Origin: Octopus sinensis
Taxonomy: Eukaryota
Direction: 5' to 3'
Assembly (NCBI RefSeq): GCF_006345805.1
Contig: NW_021834392.1
Coordinates: forward strand, 1-48,646
DNA length: 48,646 nucleotides
Below are positions 1-12,089 of the stretch, in pieces. The position numbers were made by a program, and so were the translations under genes. How positions within the stretch are numbered: position 1 is the stretch's first letter; each line of letters begins with the position of its first letter. The notes below the pieces were generated by a model. It ran no database searches. It was given only the letters and a program-made list of their open reading frames with translations, and was not told the DNA's origin.

Positions 1-207
1 CTACAACTACTACTACTACAACTACTGCTCCTGCTGCTCCTACTGCCCCTATCCCTATAACCATCACCACCACCACCACCACTGCAACCATCATCAACAT
101 AAGAAGCAATACAATCACCACCACCACCACCACCACCACCACCACCACCACCTTAAATATAACACCACCCTCACCGACATCACCAGTACTACTTTCACCA
201 ACAACAA
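1..207. repeat. (ACT)n/(ACC)n low-complexity trinucleotide tract
   Basis: Runs of cta, cac and acc triplets read directly. Confidence 0.9.
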
Positions 208-297
208 TCAGATGAGGTATGTGTGGAGACAACCTTTACCCGGGCGCCGGATTTGCTAGAAATAACGGATAAAGAACCCGCACCGCTCGTCGGATGA

Positions 298-353
<56 letters not shown>

Positions 354-366
354 TTAATTTTGGGTG

Positions 367-400
<34 letters not shown>
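298..400. repeat. (TATC)n followed by (TA)n microsatellites
   Basis: Tandem TATC ~298-352 and TA ~369-400. Confidence 0.95.
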
Positions 401-406
<6 letters not shown>

Positions 407-705
407 TACTTTCTACCTTGGTGCATGCATGTATGCGGAGATTCATATACATACATACACACTGACACATACAAAAACACACACACACACATTTATACAT
501 TTGCATACGTAGATGCTTTCACGTGCATACACTTATTAGCAATCCCCTGAAGCTGTGTTTATTGAAATAAAAAAAGTTTGTTATTGACTGGTTTTAAAGT
601 CTGAGAAGTTGCACAAATCTCAAAGAAAATACACACACATACATCTATACATTTATACACAGGCACAAAGGCACGCCTATGGGCTTATATATTTGTATAT
701 GTATT

Positions 706-834
<129 letters not shown>

Positions 835-1384
835 CCTCTGTCTCCCTGTCTCTCTGTCTTTATATGTATACATTCGCACTGAAGAATTACTCTATATTGT
901 TGGTATAGATGTATTATTCTTTAACAAGAATAGTAATGTCAGTGACTTCGAAGTTTCGGCCAGCTAAGCCATCATATCACAGTCCTATAATGGCTTAAAT
1001 GGTCATCTTTCTTGGAGATTCCTGGCAATACTATTATTATATATATATATATATCGTGAAGTACATTTGTCACCTAAATGTGGCTGACCATAAGGAGACG
1101 ATGCTACTGTAATTTATAGCCCCAGGAAACATTTCTTCCAGCTGGCTATTGGCACACAGTCTGCTCATCTTCAGCCTGATGTAATACAAACGGGCCCGAG
1201 TTTCTGGGTATTGACCCGTCATCAGCGCGTGACAACCACCAGCTGGTAGTGGGGGATGATCTCTTAATGCAAATATACAAACCTTCTCCAGCGACGAAAA
1301 GTCATTGATCTCGAAAAGGGAGAAACAAGCAATAACAAATCTCTGAGCGAGATGTAAACAGTAGCAATAGCCATTATTCTTTTG

Positions 1385-1790
1385 TCCATAAAGACCGTGG
1401 CCATTCTGCAGCACCGCCAGTATTATCAGTATTTCCGATGGCCATTCCTTTTGTGATTCGCTTTTGGTGAAAGAGGGAGTTCGATACTGCTGCCCTCTTT
1501 TGAGTTTCTTGCTACGATGTAGGTCCATCTGGGACCTTGGTCAGCAGGAGGTCAAGGTGTTTCTTGAAGGCATTTACCCCTACTCCATGTGCGTATACGA
1601 GGCAGTGCTGAAAAGGTCCTTTTTTTAAAAGTATCGCAAAAGGCCTGGATCGTGGCCCAACATTCCAAGTTCTATAACAGGTCTTAGAACAACTGAAGGA
1701 TCGCTGCAATATGTGCGTGAATCTGAGAGATGAAAGTTTGACTAATTCTCCTCTATTTTCTACCCAAAGCCAGAAACTTTTCAGTACACT
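1385..1790 (-). mobile_element. CR1/L2-type LINE, 3' end of ORF2 plus 3' UTR (5'-truncated, decayed)
   Basis: Minus-strand translation AHGVGVNAFKKHLDLLLTKVPDGPTS*QETQKRAAVSNSLFHQ matches the FKxxLDxxLxxVPDEP C-terminus of CR1/L2-group ORF2; the 3' UTR carries ggcggtgctgcagaatggccacggtc. Confidence 0.7.
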
Positions 1791-1989
1791 CCTATATATA
1801 CGGGTGTTTAAAAAATAAGGAATGGAAAAGGTAAGATACGGACTTAGACCGTATCTTACACACACAGAGGGACACACACACAGAGGGAAACACACACAGA
1901 GGGACACACACACAGAGGGACACACGCAGGCACAAATACACACATATGCACATACATAAGATAGGCTTCCATACAATTTCCATCTACAA

Positions 1990-2096
1990 AAAGGCATTGG
2001 TTGGCTTTGAGTTTTAGTAGAAGACAGTTACCCAAGGCGTTGCACAGTGAGATTGAACCAGAAAGCACGTGGTTTCAAAGCGAGCTCTCTAACCAC
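1990..2096 (-). mobile_element. SINE family A, degraded head fragment
   Basis: Homologous to 2960-3080 (tagtagaagaca...ccaagg...gtgagattgaacc). Confidence 0.6.
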
Positions 2097-2477
2097 GCAA
2101 AGTGATGATACTTGTTATATAAGTTATAACAAACACGAAGCCAGCTTAATTAAAATCTTTAGGTCGACTTATGCAACATGGGTCACTTTACTATAAATCG
2201 TTCGTAGTCCGTATTTTATCTGTTTCATTCTTTACATTTAAAAAAATTCTTCTTTGCATTCTTAGTAGCTTTTGTTGGGTAAGTCGTGAGTTGTATGGTG
2301 ACGGGCAGCAGATTGAAATCCCCATTAATTGCGATATGGGACAAAGTGTGCAACTTATATTGTTAATAAGCTTGCTCCGTCTTATATTTCCATCTTCTCT
2401 CATCTGTAACGCCCGCTTAAATGCTTGAAGCTTACTGACTTCCTAGATTAGGATCACTCGATCCTACATACCTGTGG

Positions 2478-2509
<32 letters not shown>

Positions 2510-2630
2510 GTACACACAGGCTCACATACACATATTCATATACATATACTCATATACTCACACACATATACATGTATACACACACGCATATAGATGTATG
2601 TGTATGTATGTATTAATATATATATATAAT

Positions 2631-2844
2631 CTTTTATTCTTTTATTTGTTTCAGTCATTTGACTGCGGCCATGCTGGAGCACCGGGTTTAGTCGAGCAAA
2701 TCGACCTCAGGACTTACTCTTTGTAAGCCTAGTACTTATTCTACCGGCTATCTTGCCGAACCGCTAAGTGGCAGGGACCTAAACACACCAACATCGGTTG
2801 TCAAGCGATGTTGGGTGGACAAGCACAGACACACAAACATACAT

Positions 2845-2923
<79 letters not shown>

Positions 2924-3081
2924 CGACGGGCTTCTTTCAGTCTCCGTCTACAAAATCCACTCACAAGGCTTTGGTCGGCCCGAGGCTATGGTAGAAGGCA
3001 CTTGCTCAAGATGCCACGCAGTGGGACTGAACCCGGAACCATGTGGTTAGTAAGCAAGCTACTTACAACACAGCCACTCCC
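2631..3081 (-). mobile_element. SINE family A, full length (tRNA-like head, CORE-like middle, internal TA/CA microsatellite, LINE-like tail)
   Basis: Head ggagtggctgtgttgtaagtagc...gggttcagtccc with A/B boxes; cttgagcaagtg CORE-like motif; tail ccagcatggccgcagtcaaatgactgaaac; homologous copies at 17000-17404 and 32477-32909. Confidence 0.9.
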
Positions 3082-3115
<34 letters not shown>

Positions 3116-3241
3116 TAAAGCCGATAAATTCTTTACAAACTGTTTCACGTCACTATTCGACGGAGAGTCTAAATAACAGTTTGAGAAGATTTTTTCCGAT
3201 TTTTATAAAAAAAACATTTTGCTCTATTTTTCATATTCGTG

Positions 3242-3274
<33 letters not shown>

Positions 3275-3550
3275 GCGTTTATATATTTTACTATTGATTT
3301 CAAGTATATAAATGTGTGTGTGTGTCTGAAACGAAAATGTATTCTACGGACGAAAGGACTTCATGCAGGGTTACAGGTGTGGTGACTGAGATTTATACAG
3401 CAGCGTAAGAAATTAGAGTTTCGTGCGGTGACTGGGTTTCCTAAAATTCATAGATATACATGTATAGTCAAGTCTATATCAGCATCTCTCTCTCCCTCCC
3501 TACCTCTCTCTTTGTCTATTTATCTGTCTGTCTCTCTGTCTGTCTGTCGG

Positions 3551-3551
<1 letters not shown>

Positions 3552-3641
<90 letters not shown>

Positions 3642-3686
3642 GTCTGTCGGTCTATCTATTTATCTATCTATCGCTCTATCTGTCTT

Positions 3687-3743
<57 letters not shown>

Positions 3744-3772
3744 ATATCTATCTATCTATCTATCTATCTATT

Positions 3773-3841
<69 letters not shown>

Positions 3842-3868
3842 CTTTCTCTCCTTCTCTATCTACCTATC
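3552..3868. repeat. (TATC)n/(TGTC)n microsatellite
   Basis: Long interrupted TATC array. Confidence 0.97.
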
Positions 3869-4290
3869 TATGAGTCTGTATACAGAAACACATACACACA
3901 CACACTCACACACACACACAGACGTAAGCATAGCTGTCGAATGGTGTATCGGAAGCGATGTACTTTCGATATTGGCTCTTTAAGCCCTCGAGGCGTTGCC
4001 ATGTCTTTTGGCAAACTCTACCGACCAAACCTGCGCACCTACATAACGCCATACATCAGTATGCAGAGTTTTATTCCGATGTTTAGACTGTCTCTTTGTC
4101 TTTTGAAGACACCAATAGAATTACAAATCTTTCGCCCCACAGCTTTACAGACACACATATATATACAACATACATACATACGGACATATAAACATATATA
4201 CATACATACATATATGCAAGCATAGCTACATGCATATGAAAATACATACATACACATACATGTGCATAATAATATTATATACGTGCATGT

Positions 4291-4585
4291 GGAGGCGCAA
4301 TGGCCCAGTGGTTAGGGCAGCGGACTCGCGGTCGTAGGATCGCGGTTTCGATTCCCAGACCGGGCTTTGTAAGTGTTTATTGTGCGAAATCCCGTAAGCT
4401 CCACGATTTCCGGCAGTGGGAGTGGTGGCGAAATCTGCTGTACTCTCTCACCACAACTTCCTCTCACTGTTTCTGTTGTACCCGTATTTCAAAGGGCCAG
4501 CCTTGTCCCACGCTGAATCTCCTCCGAGAACTACGTTAAGAGTACACGTGTCTGTGGAGTGCTCAGCCACTTGCACTTGTGCGTG
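4291..4585 (+). mobile_element. SINE family C (tRNA-derived head), internally deleted
   Basis: A box tggcccagtgg, B box ggtttcgattcc; body shared with 37800-38170 and 46087-46398. Confidence 0.85.
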
Positions 4586-5001
4586 TAGTTTAGATGAATA
4601 AATTAGAATTTAACGAGTGTGTACATGTAGATGTGTGTATACGTTCATATGGGTATGTATAAATATTAGCATTTATATACTATGGGCTTATTATACTGAT
4701 GACAGCAGAGAGTTTTAGATCTCTAAGCTAGACATCGATCTGTAATTAACTCTTTTTAAAAAACATCGTATTCTTTTATCTGCACGTTTTCAACCTGTGC
4801 TAACGGAGTGTAGATGTTCTTTTAGAGTCATTTGGCGTCTATTTCTAGCGTGTTGGTGAGGTTTATCCGCACCCTTTAATATAATTATATACTAGTATAA
4901 ACGGTTACCTATATGGGGTTTTATTACGCCACTTGACAAAATCATTAAAATGGTTTTATCCCTAATTATGTTTATGTATATATATATATATATATATACA
5001 C

Positions 5002-5300
5002 GGTGGTTGTCTACTCCTTATGCAGACTTTGACCACCTCTGGTGCCTACACCTTAGAACCCTCATGGCATCTGATGTAGCTTTTTAAACCAGACAATGTA
5101 TTGGAAAGACACTCGCATAGATTGCACCTCCGATTTGGACCACCAAAAGCTGCAGATAAGTTCTGATCTTTGTGGATCTTAAAATGTCTTTTGAGGCCTC
5201 CGTTAGATTTACAGACCTTCTGGCATACACTGCATTTAAAGGTGTGTACAGATATATAGGTAGAATAGTTGCTGGAGGTTCATTTTCTATGGGTTCGCAA
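5002..5300 (-). mobile_element. RTE-clade LINE 3' end with C2H2 zinc fingers (copy 1)
   Basis: 5300->5046 translates LRTHRK*...FKCSVCQKVCKSNGGLKRHFKIH...RCNLCECLSNTLSGLKSYIRCHEGSKV*; homologous to 8270-8566 on the opposite strand. Confidence 0.8.
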
Positions 5301-5321
5301 ATTATATTTATATAAGTATAA

Positions 5322-5579
5322 TAATAAATAAATGCGCCCTTTTAAAGCCTAGCCAGGCTCATGGGCCCGGTTTCCCGGTTTCAATGGCGTATGTGTTTCC
5401 CAGCTGGACGGGACGCCAGTCCATCGCAGCGTTACTCATTTTTGCCAGCTGAGTGGACTGGAGTAACGTGAAATGAAGTGTTTTGCTCAAGAACACAACG
5501 CGTCGCCCGGTCCAGGAATCGAAACCACAATCTTACGATCATGATGCTGACACCCTAACCACTAAGCCACGCGCCTCAG
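5322..5579 (-). mobile_element. SINE family C-type with 12-bp target-site duplication
   Basis: tRNA-like head at ~5510-5578, (TTA)/(TTTA)-type tail; ATATAAGTATAA at 5310-5321 and 5583-5594. Confidence 0.85.
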
Positions 5580-6102
5580 CACATATAAGTATAAATTACT
5601 ATAAATGGTTACCTATATGGTTTTATTACGCGCTGGCCACTTGACATACACACACAGAAAAAGATAGATAAGTAGATAGATGGATCGATAGATAAGGGAC
5701 GGGCTTTACCATTCCCGTTAGTAACCGACGTGAAAGGCATAGGAAAAGAAATCAAATTTTCGTTGGAGTATATTAAAATTCCACGTAATGTAACATCGCG
5801 CAAAAGAAACACACTCGGTTGTGTTTGGAAAATACAACACGCACGAGTGAGTATTTAGTATTTAGAACACGTATACGTGGGCCACGATATTCCCCAAAAG
5901 ATTTGCATGAAAAAAGGACACACTGTTTAGTGGAGACTTCCATAAAGCATGAAATAAGATTTTTTAGGGAAACAAGAAATTTCTCTGAATGAAAATTACA
6001 TTGTAGAAGCAAAACCAGCGAACGAATTCATACATCGCAAAATATATTCAAACCTAAACAGACCTGAATACATGCATATATATATATTATATTATATATA
6101 TA

Positions 6103-6133
<31 letters not shown>

Positions 6134-6154
6134 AATACATATATATATATATGC

Positions 6155-6187
<33 letters not shown>

Positions 6188-6224
6188 ATATAATACACAT
6201 ATAAATACATATGTATATATATGC

Positions 6225-6256
<32 letters not shown>

Positions 6257-6620
6257 ATGTATAATGTATCTCTCTCTCTCTCTATATATATAGATATATA
6301 TATAGGTACGTATGTATATATATATATATAGGTATGTATATATGTGTTATATATATATATATGTGTGTGTGTGCGTATGTATGTATGTATGGATGGATGG
6401 ATGGATGTATGGATGGATGGATGTATGCATGTGCATCCGTCTATAAAGAAATTGAAAACTGAAAATAAACAGCATCCAAGAATTCACGCTTGGTAACCCC
6501 TTTCTTGCGAAAAATCCTGAAATTCCCGGTAAACAAATTTATGTTTCCATAGGAAATACTTTTCTTCAGCTAAACCATTTTACCAAAATACTGCATCGAC
6601 AATAACGACAATAGTCTTCA

Positions 6621-6640
6621 TAATAATAATAATAATAATG

Positions 6641-6735
<95 letters not shown>
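6621..6735. repeat. (AAT)n microsatellite
   Basis: Tandem AAT. Confidence 0.97.
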
Positions 6736-6829
6736 CTATCTTAGTTTTCCACCTGTTTTAATTCAACACCTGTATTTTTAAATTCTCGTTAAATTGCCCG
6801 GCTTTTTTCCTTTTTATTGTCGTTAGCAT

Positions 6830-7190
6830 AACCACCACCAACACCACAACCCCCACCACCGCAAAACCACCTCACGACAACTACCACAACCATCATAACC
6901 ACCACCACTATCACCACTACTACCGCTACAAACGCTATCACTGCCACAACCACAGTTATCACCCCCTCTTCCTCCTCCTCCTCCTCCAACAACTACTAAA
7001 CTTGTACCACTACTTCTACTACTATCACTACTACATCTCTACAACCACCAGCACCACCACCACCACTACCACCACCGCCACCATCATCACGACCGTCACC
7101 ACGACCGTCACCACGACCATCACCACCACTAACATCTGCCAGAACAACAACAATAGCACATCCATTACTACCATCACCGCCATATTACAG
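6830..7190. repeat. (ACC)/(ACT)-rich cryptic trinucleotide tract
   Basis: Degenerate acc/act/atc triplets. Confidence 0.85.
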
Positions 7191-7408
7191 ACGTCTATAG
7201 TTCTGTACCCAATCATTCTTCCACCCTTGACCGGGCAACTCCACCGCTATCAGAATTATCCTCATCATCGCCACATCCCAATCCCCGTAACCTCCTCATC
7301 CACACTTGCCACCGTTACCAACGCAACCATCAATGTGAAATTATCAGTCCAGTGACCATGGCAAGAAAAGATGTTACTATATTTCGGGTATCATGGGTCC
7401 ACAGCTCT

Positions 7409-7750
7409 TCAATAAAAGCCGAGGGTAAAGACCCCCTTCGCTCATGAATGACCATCAGATTGCGCTTAGAAAGTTAGCCTCCGAAGCACAAGTCCGGGCA
7501 AGGTTGTTTATGACAGACCAGTAGTCGCCCCTGCATACCAGTCTCTCCTCTTCCCGCCAACGATGTTATCCAAAGGAAAGGCAAAGGCTGATACAGCTGG
7601 GCACCAGTGACGTCACAACTCATTTTGGCAGCTGAGAATACTGGAGCAACGTGAAATAAGTGTCTTGCTTAAGAACACAGACTGATCTGAGAATCGAACT
7701 CGCTCCCTCATGATTGTAAGCCCGCCACTCTAACCACTGAGATACCAGCC
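7409..7750 (-). mobile_element. tRNA-derived SINE (family C-related)
   Basis: Reverse-complement head (ctaaccactgag, gaatcgaactc), cttgcttaagaacac and cagctgag core; homologous to 28010-28223. Confidence 0.75.
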
Positions 7751-7764
7751 TCCCCTCTCCACGC

Positions 7765-7921
7765 CACTGATGTCATCCAAGGGAAAAGCAGAGGCCGATA
7801 CAGCTTGGTACCTGAGACGTGGCTACTCATTTTTACAGCTGAGTGAACTGGAGCAATGTGAAATAAAGTGTCTTACTCAAGAACACAACACACAACTCGG
7901 TTCGGGAATCGAACTCACAAT
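7765..7921 (-). mobile_element. tRNA-derived SINE (family C-related), partial second copy
   Basis: Repeats the ctgatgtcatccaagggaaa...cagctgagtgaactggagcaatgtg...gggaatcgaactc body of the adjacent copy. Confidence 0.75.
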
Positions 7922-8082
7922 GACCATCTCCCCTTCGGTCTTGAGTGACCATGGGATTGCTTCCCACCCATATGGTTCAAGGTGCAGGCACAATACGTTG
8001 CATCTTGGAAAAGTTTTTCTGCTATAAGGCCTTATGAGTGGAGTTGGTAGATGGAAACTGAAAGAAGTTCCTATAGAGTGAG

Positions 8083-8566
8083 TTGGATGGCGAACAAAAG
8101 TGTGAAGTGGAGGGGAGTGAAAGCGTTTGAAGACGCCTGGATAACGCATGTAAGGCTCAAGAGAGATTTAAAGTAGGATGTTACGAGCGAGAAGGTGATT
8201 CGCAATGACGTTTTTGTGTGCACAGTTTGAGAGACCATGCTTTTCTTTTGCTGGGCTCAAATCTCATTTGCGAACCCATGGAAAACGAACCGCCACCAAC
8301 TATTCTACCTATTTGTCTGTGCACACCTTTCAATGTAATGTATGCCAGAAGGTCTGCAAATCTAACGGAGACCTCAAAAGAACATTTTTAGATCCACAAA
8401 GATCATTCTTGACTGCAGTTCTTGGTGGTCCAAATCGGATGTGCCATCTATGTGGGTGTCTTCTCAAAACATTGTCTGGTTTCAAAAGCCACATCAGATG
8501 CCACAATGGTTCTAGGGTGTGAGTACAGGAAGTGGTAAAACTCTGCACAAGGAGTAGACAACCACC
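8083..8566 (+). mobile_element. RTE-clade LINE 3' end with three C2H2 zinc fingers (copy 2)
   Basis: WRGVKAFEDAWITHVRLKRDLK (RTE ORF2 C-terminal helix), then with a frameshift CTV-ERPCFSFAGLKSHLRTH, CNVCQKVCKSNGDLKR(H) and CHLCGCLLKTLSGFKSHIRCH; stop at 8520-8522; ends in (ATAC)/(TA) repeat. Confidence 0.8.
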
Positions 8567-8574
8567 ATATACAT

Positions 8575-8615
<41 letters not shown>

Positions 8616-8636
8616 CATACATACATATATATATAT

Positions 8637-9144
8637 ACTAGCAGTATCGCCCGGCGTTGCTCGGGTTTGTAAGGGAAATAACTATATAAGCATTTTTAGA
8701 GAGTTACTTCCCTTATAAATTCGGGCTTTCTTAGCCATTTGTTTTGGTGTCTTCAAGCCATGAAGTCGTTGTTCTAAAAGAACGCTGGTTTCCTTCACAA
8801 CGCATTACGACGTTGATTTCTTTACACTCCCTTCCCCACAGCTTCACGAGGGAGGGAAGGGGGAGAAGCAAACAGGTGCAGGTGTGAGCGTGGACGCCAA
8901 CTCCGCCGCCATCGACACACGATGCATTTTTATGCATTAAAATGGAAAAAAAAAATGATGTTAAATTATTTTTAAAATCGTAGACTCATCGTTGACGCGC
9001 GCTAATAGTCAGACGGGCTCGATATGAATCACGACTATAAGATACCCGAATTTGGTTAAACTGCACCGCAAAATGTGGGAGGAGTTAGGAATCTAAATCG
9101 AAGGGGACAGACACTCACACAACTAGAGTTTTATATATATAGAT
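8637..9144 (+). mobile_element. Helentron/Helitron-like non-autonomous element (HINE/DINE-like)
   Basis: 5' end actagcagtatcgcccggcgttgctcggg (cccg/cggg hairpin); 3' end gacagacactcacac...ttttatatatatagat; inserted in TA-rich sequence with no TSD seen. Confidence 0.65.
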
Positions 9145-9165
9145 ATATAGTGAAAGATAGAGAAG

Positions 9166-9325
9166 ACAGGCTTCTTTCAGTTTCCGTCTACGAAGTACTC
9201 TCACAGGGCTTTGGCCGTCCTGAGGCTATAGTAGAAGACACTTGTCCAAGGTGCCACGGAGTGGGACTGAACCCGGAATCCTGTGGTTGGGACACAGACT
9301 TCTTACTACACAGCCACGCCTGCGC
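9166..9325 (-). mobile_element. SINE family A, 5' half
   Basis: Homologous to 2925-3081. Confidence 0.85.
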
Positions 9326-9689
9326 CTGTGCCATTTCGCTACACTCACCCACTTTCTTAGAAATTATGAACGAAGCAACGTTGTCAGCTAAAATCAGAGA
9401 GAGAGAAGAGAGAGAGAGAGGGGGAGTGAGAGGGAGGAAGAGAAGGAGGGAAGAGAGGGAGGAGAAGAGAGAGAGGGGGCAGAGAGTGTGAGAGAGAAGG
9501 AAAGTAAAAAGAAAATAAATTTGATTGACAAAATGAGAGGAAGATAAAAGGAAGAAGCATAAAAATCTTTATTGCATCAAAGTTGTTGTTGTTACTGTTG
9601 TTGTTGTCGCTTCGTCCGCTGCACATTTTGTTGTAATTGAGGGAAACAAATGTAAGGCGAGAGAATGAGGGAAAACGAAATATTTTGAG

Positions 9690-9784
9690 TAAGACAGAGA
9701 TAGATAGATAGATAGAGATGGGGAGAGAGAAAGAGGGAGTGAGAATGAGGAGTGAAAAACAAATAAAGAAATGTACATTGACAG

Positions 9785-9825
<41 letters not shown>

Positions 9826-10014
9826 TGCTTGTGTATTTATATAGAACATCTATATATATCTATATGTGTGTGTCTATAAGTGTGTGTATCGAGAAATAGA
9901 TAGGTAGAAAGATAGATAAATAAACAGATAGATAGATAGATAGATAGACTGATAATATCTAAATATATATATATATATATATATAATATATATTATATAT
10001 ATATCCATACATAT

Positions 10015-10058
<44 letters not shown>

Positions 10059-10194
10059 ATATATATAGGTAGATAGAGAGATGAGAGATAGATAGAGAGA
10101 TAGATAGATAGATAGATAGATAGATATAAGATAGATCATAGATAGATATATAGATAATATATATATATATATATATATATATAGATAGATAGAT

Positions 10195-10233
<39 letters not shown>

Positions 10234-10301
10234 GTACCGATGGATGGATAGACGGACGGCTAGACAATCAGAAAGAATGAAAAAAAGAAAGTCAAATAGA
10301 G

Positions 10302-10372
<71 letters not shown>

Positions 10373-10493
10373 GAAAGAAAGATGAAGACAGAATTAAGGA
10401 AAATGGTAGATTGTTAAATAGGGAGAAAAGATTGACAGTGAACGGAATAAAGAGCGAGAGAAGAAGAGAGAAAGCCAGAATTAGAGAGAGTAT

Positions 10494-10526
<33 letters not shown>

Positions 10527-10605
10527 AGAAGAGAAAGAGACGAAGAGAGAAAGAGAGGGAGAGAGAGAAGAAGAGAAAGAGACGAAGAGAGAAAGAGAGA
10601 GATAA
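9690..10605. repeat. Compound (GATA)n/(TA)n/(GT)n/(GA)n microsatellite block
   Basis: Direct reading. Confidence 0.9.
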
Positions 10606-10851
10606 AAGCGAAAAAAATTAAATAAAGAGTGAAGCGAAGAGCAAAAAGGATGAGAAGGAGAGGGCGAGGAAGGAAAGGAGGGAGAGTGGGAGGAAATCAG
10701 AGAGGATTGTGGGAAATCTCTATAGAATTGAAGTGTTTAAGATTAGAATGGTTTTTCCTTAACTACAGACAACTTGACATTTCATGGCAGGAATGGAATA
10801 TTCCTGCTGGGCAAGTTGATAGCATTACGAGATAAGGGGGTGGTAGGCATC

Positions 10852-12085
10852 AGTGGCGGTGGTGGTGGTGGTGGTGGTGGTGGTGGTGGTTGTGTTTGAT
10901 GGTTGTGCCAGTGTGATGGTTGTGTTGGATTGTAGTGATTGGGTTTTGATGATAGTCAAGGTGGTTGTAAAGATGACAGTGTGTTTGATGGCTGCAGTTG
11001 AGGTGGTAGTGGCGATGATGGTGGTGTCTGATGATAGTTGCGACAATATGGTTGTAGTGGTGTCTGAGGGTAGCGGTGGCGTCGGTGTTTGGTGGTATTG
11101 GTGGAAGCATTGCTTAAAGGTAATAGTGGCGGTGTTTGATGGTAGTGATGGCGTAGTTGTTTGATGGTAGTGGTGGCAGTGTTTGATTGATGGTGTTTGA
11201 CGGTATTGGTGGAGGCATTGTTTGAAGGTAAAACTGGTGGTGTTTGATGGTAGTGGTGAGAGTTTGATTGCAATGTTTGATCGTGGTGGTGGTTGTGGTG
11301 TTTGATGGTAGGGATGGCGTCGTTGTTTGATGGTAGTAGCGGTAGTGTTTGATTGATGGAAGTGGTGGTGATGTTGTTTGACGGTATTAATGGAGGCATT
11401 GTTTGAAGGTAATAGTGGTGGTGTTTGATGGTAGTAGTGACAGTTTGATTGCAATGTTTGATGGTATTAGCGATGTTTGGTGGCAGCAGATGTTGTGGTA
11501 ATTGATGGTAGCGGTGACGGTGTTTGATAGTAATGGAGATGGTAGTGTTTGATAGTAGAAATGGTTGATGGTAGAGGGGGTGGCGTTTTGGATGGTAGTG
11601 GCGGTGCTGCTGCTTAATAGTATTGATGATTGAAGTGTTTGATGGAGGTGGTAATGGCGATGTTTTATAGAGGCGGTGGTGGTGTCTGATGGTGGTGATG
11701 GTGGTATTTGATGGTAGTGGTCGTGTTTGATGGTTGTGTGATGGTCACGTCTGGTAGTAGTGATTTTGTGTGATGCTTGTAGTGGTGAAGGTAATGTCAA
11801 CCGATGGTGATAATTGTGGGGGTGATGGTGGTTGCGTCCGACTGCATTGGTAGTTGTAATGCTGGTTGTGTTTCATAGATGTAGCGGCGATGGTATTGGT
11901 GTTTGATGGTTGGGACAGTGTCGATTATGGCCTTTCATAATTGTGGTGGAGCGATGGTTGTGTTTCCCAGTTGTTGCGGTTGTGTGAATGTTTGACGACC
12001 GTGGCACCATTTTGCGCTGTTTGATTGTCGCAATGGTGATGACAGCGTTGGTTGATGTCGGTGGTTGTTGTTGTTGTAGTTAAGC
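10852..12085. repeat. Cryptic (GGT/GAT) satellite built on gtgtttgatggt with higher-order repeats
   Basis: Many gtttgatggt motifs; 37-42 bp blocks recur at ~11088/11196/11376 and ~11240/11420. Confidence 0.9.
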
Positions 12086-12089
12086 AACA

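Noticed and set aside
941-966. 26-bp motif with an acttcgaagt palindrome repeated at 43745-43771
   Set aside because: Most likely a fragment of an unclassified dispersed repeat; too short to assign a function.
3930-4040. Possible minus-strand exon [19 protein letters not shown]
   Set aside because: An acceptor-like site is present, but the donor is weak and no family was recognised.
4291-4365. tRNA-like sequences (also 37800, 46087 and other SINE heads) as real tRNA genes
   Set aside because: A and B boxes are present, but there is no closing acceptor stem and each runs into a shared SINE body.
5690-5852. Open frame ending at a cacga|gtgagt donor
   Set aside because: No start codon or polypyrimidine acceptor, and the peptide is not recognisable.
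8205-8522. Host C2H2 zinc-finger gene
   Set aside because: It is preceded by RTE ORF2 C-terminal motifs, has frameshifts, has a second dispersed copy and ends in a retroelement-type tail.
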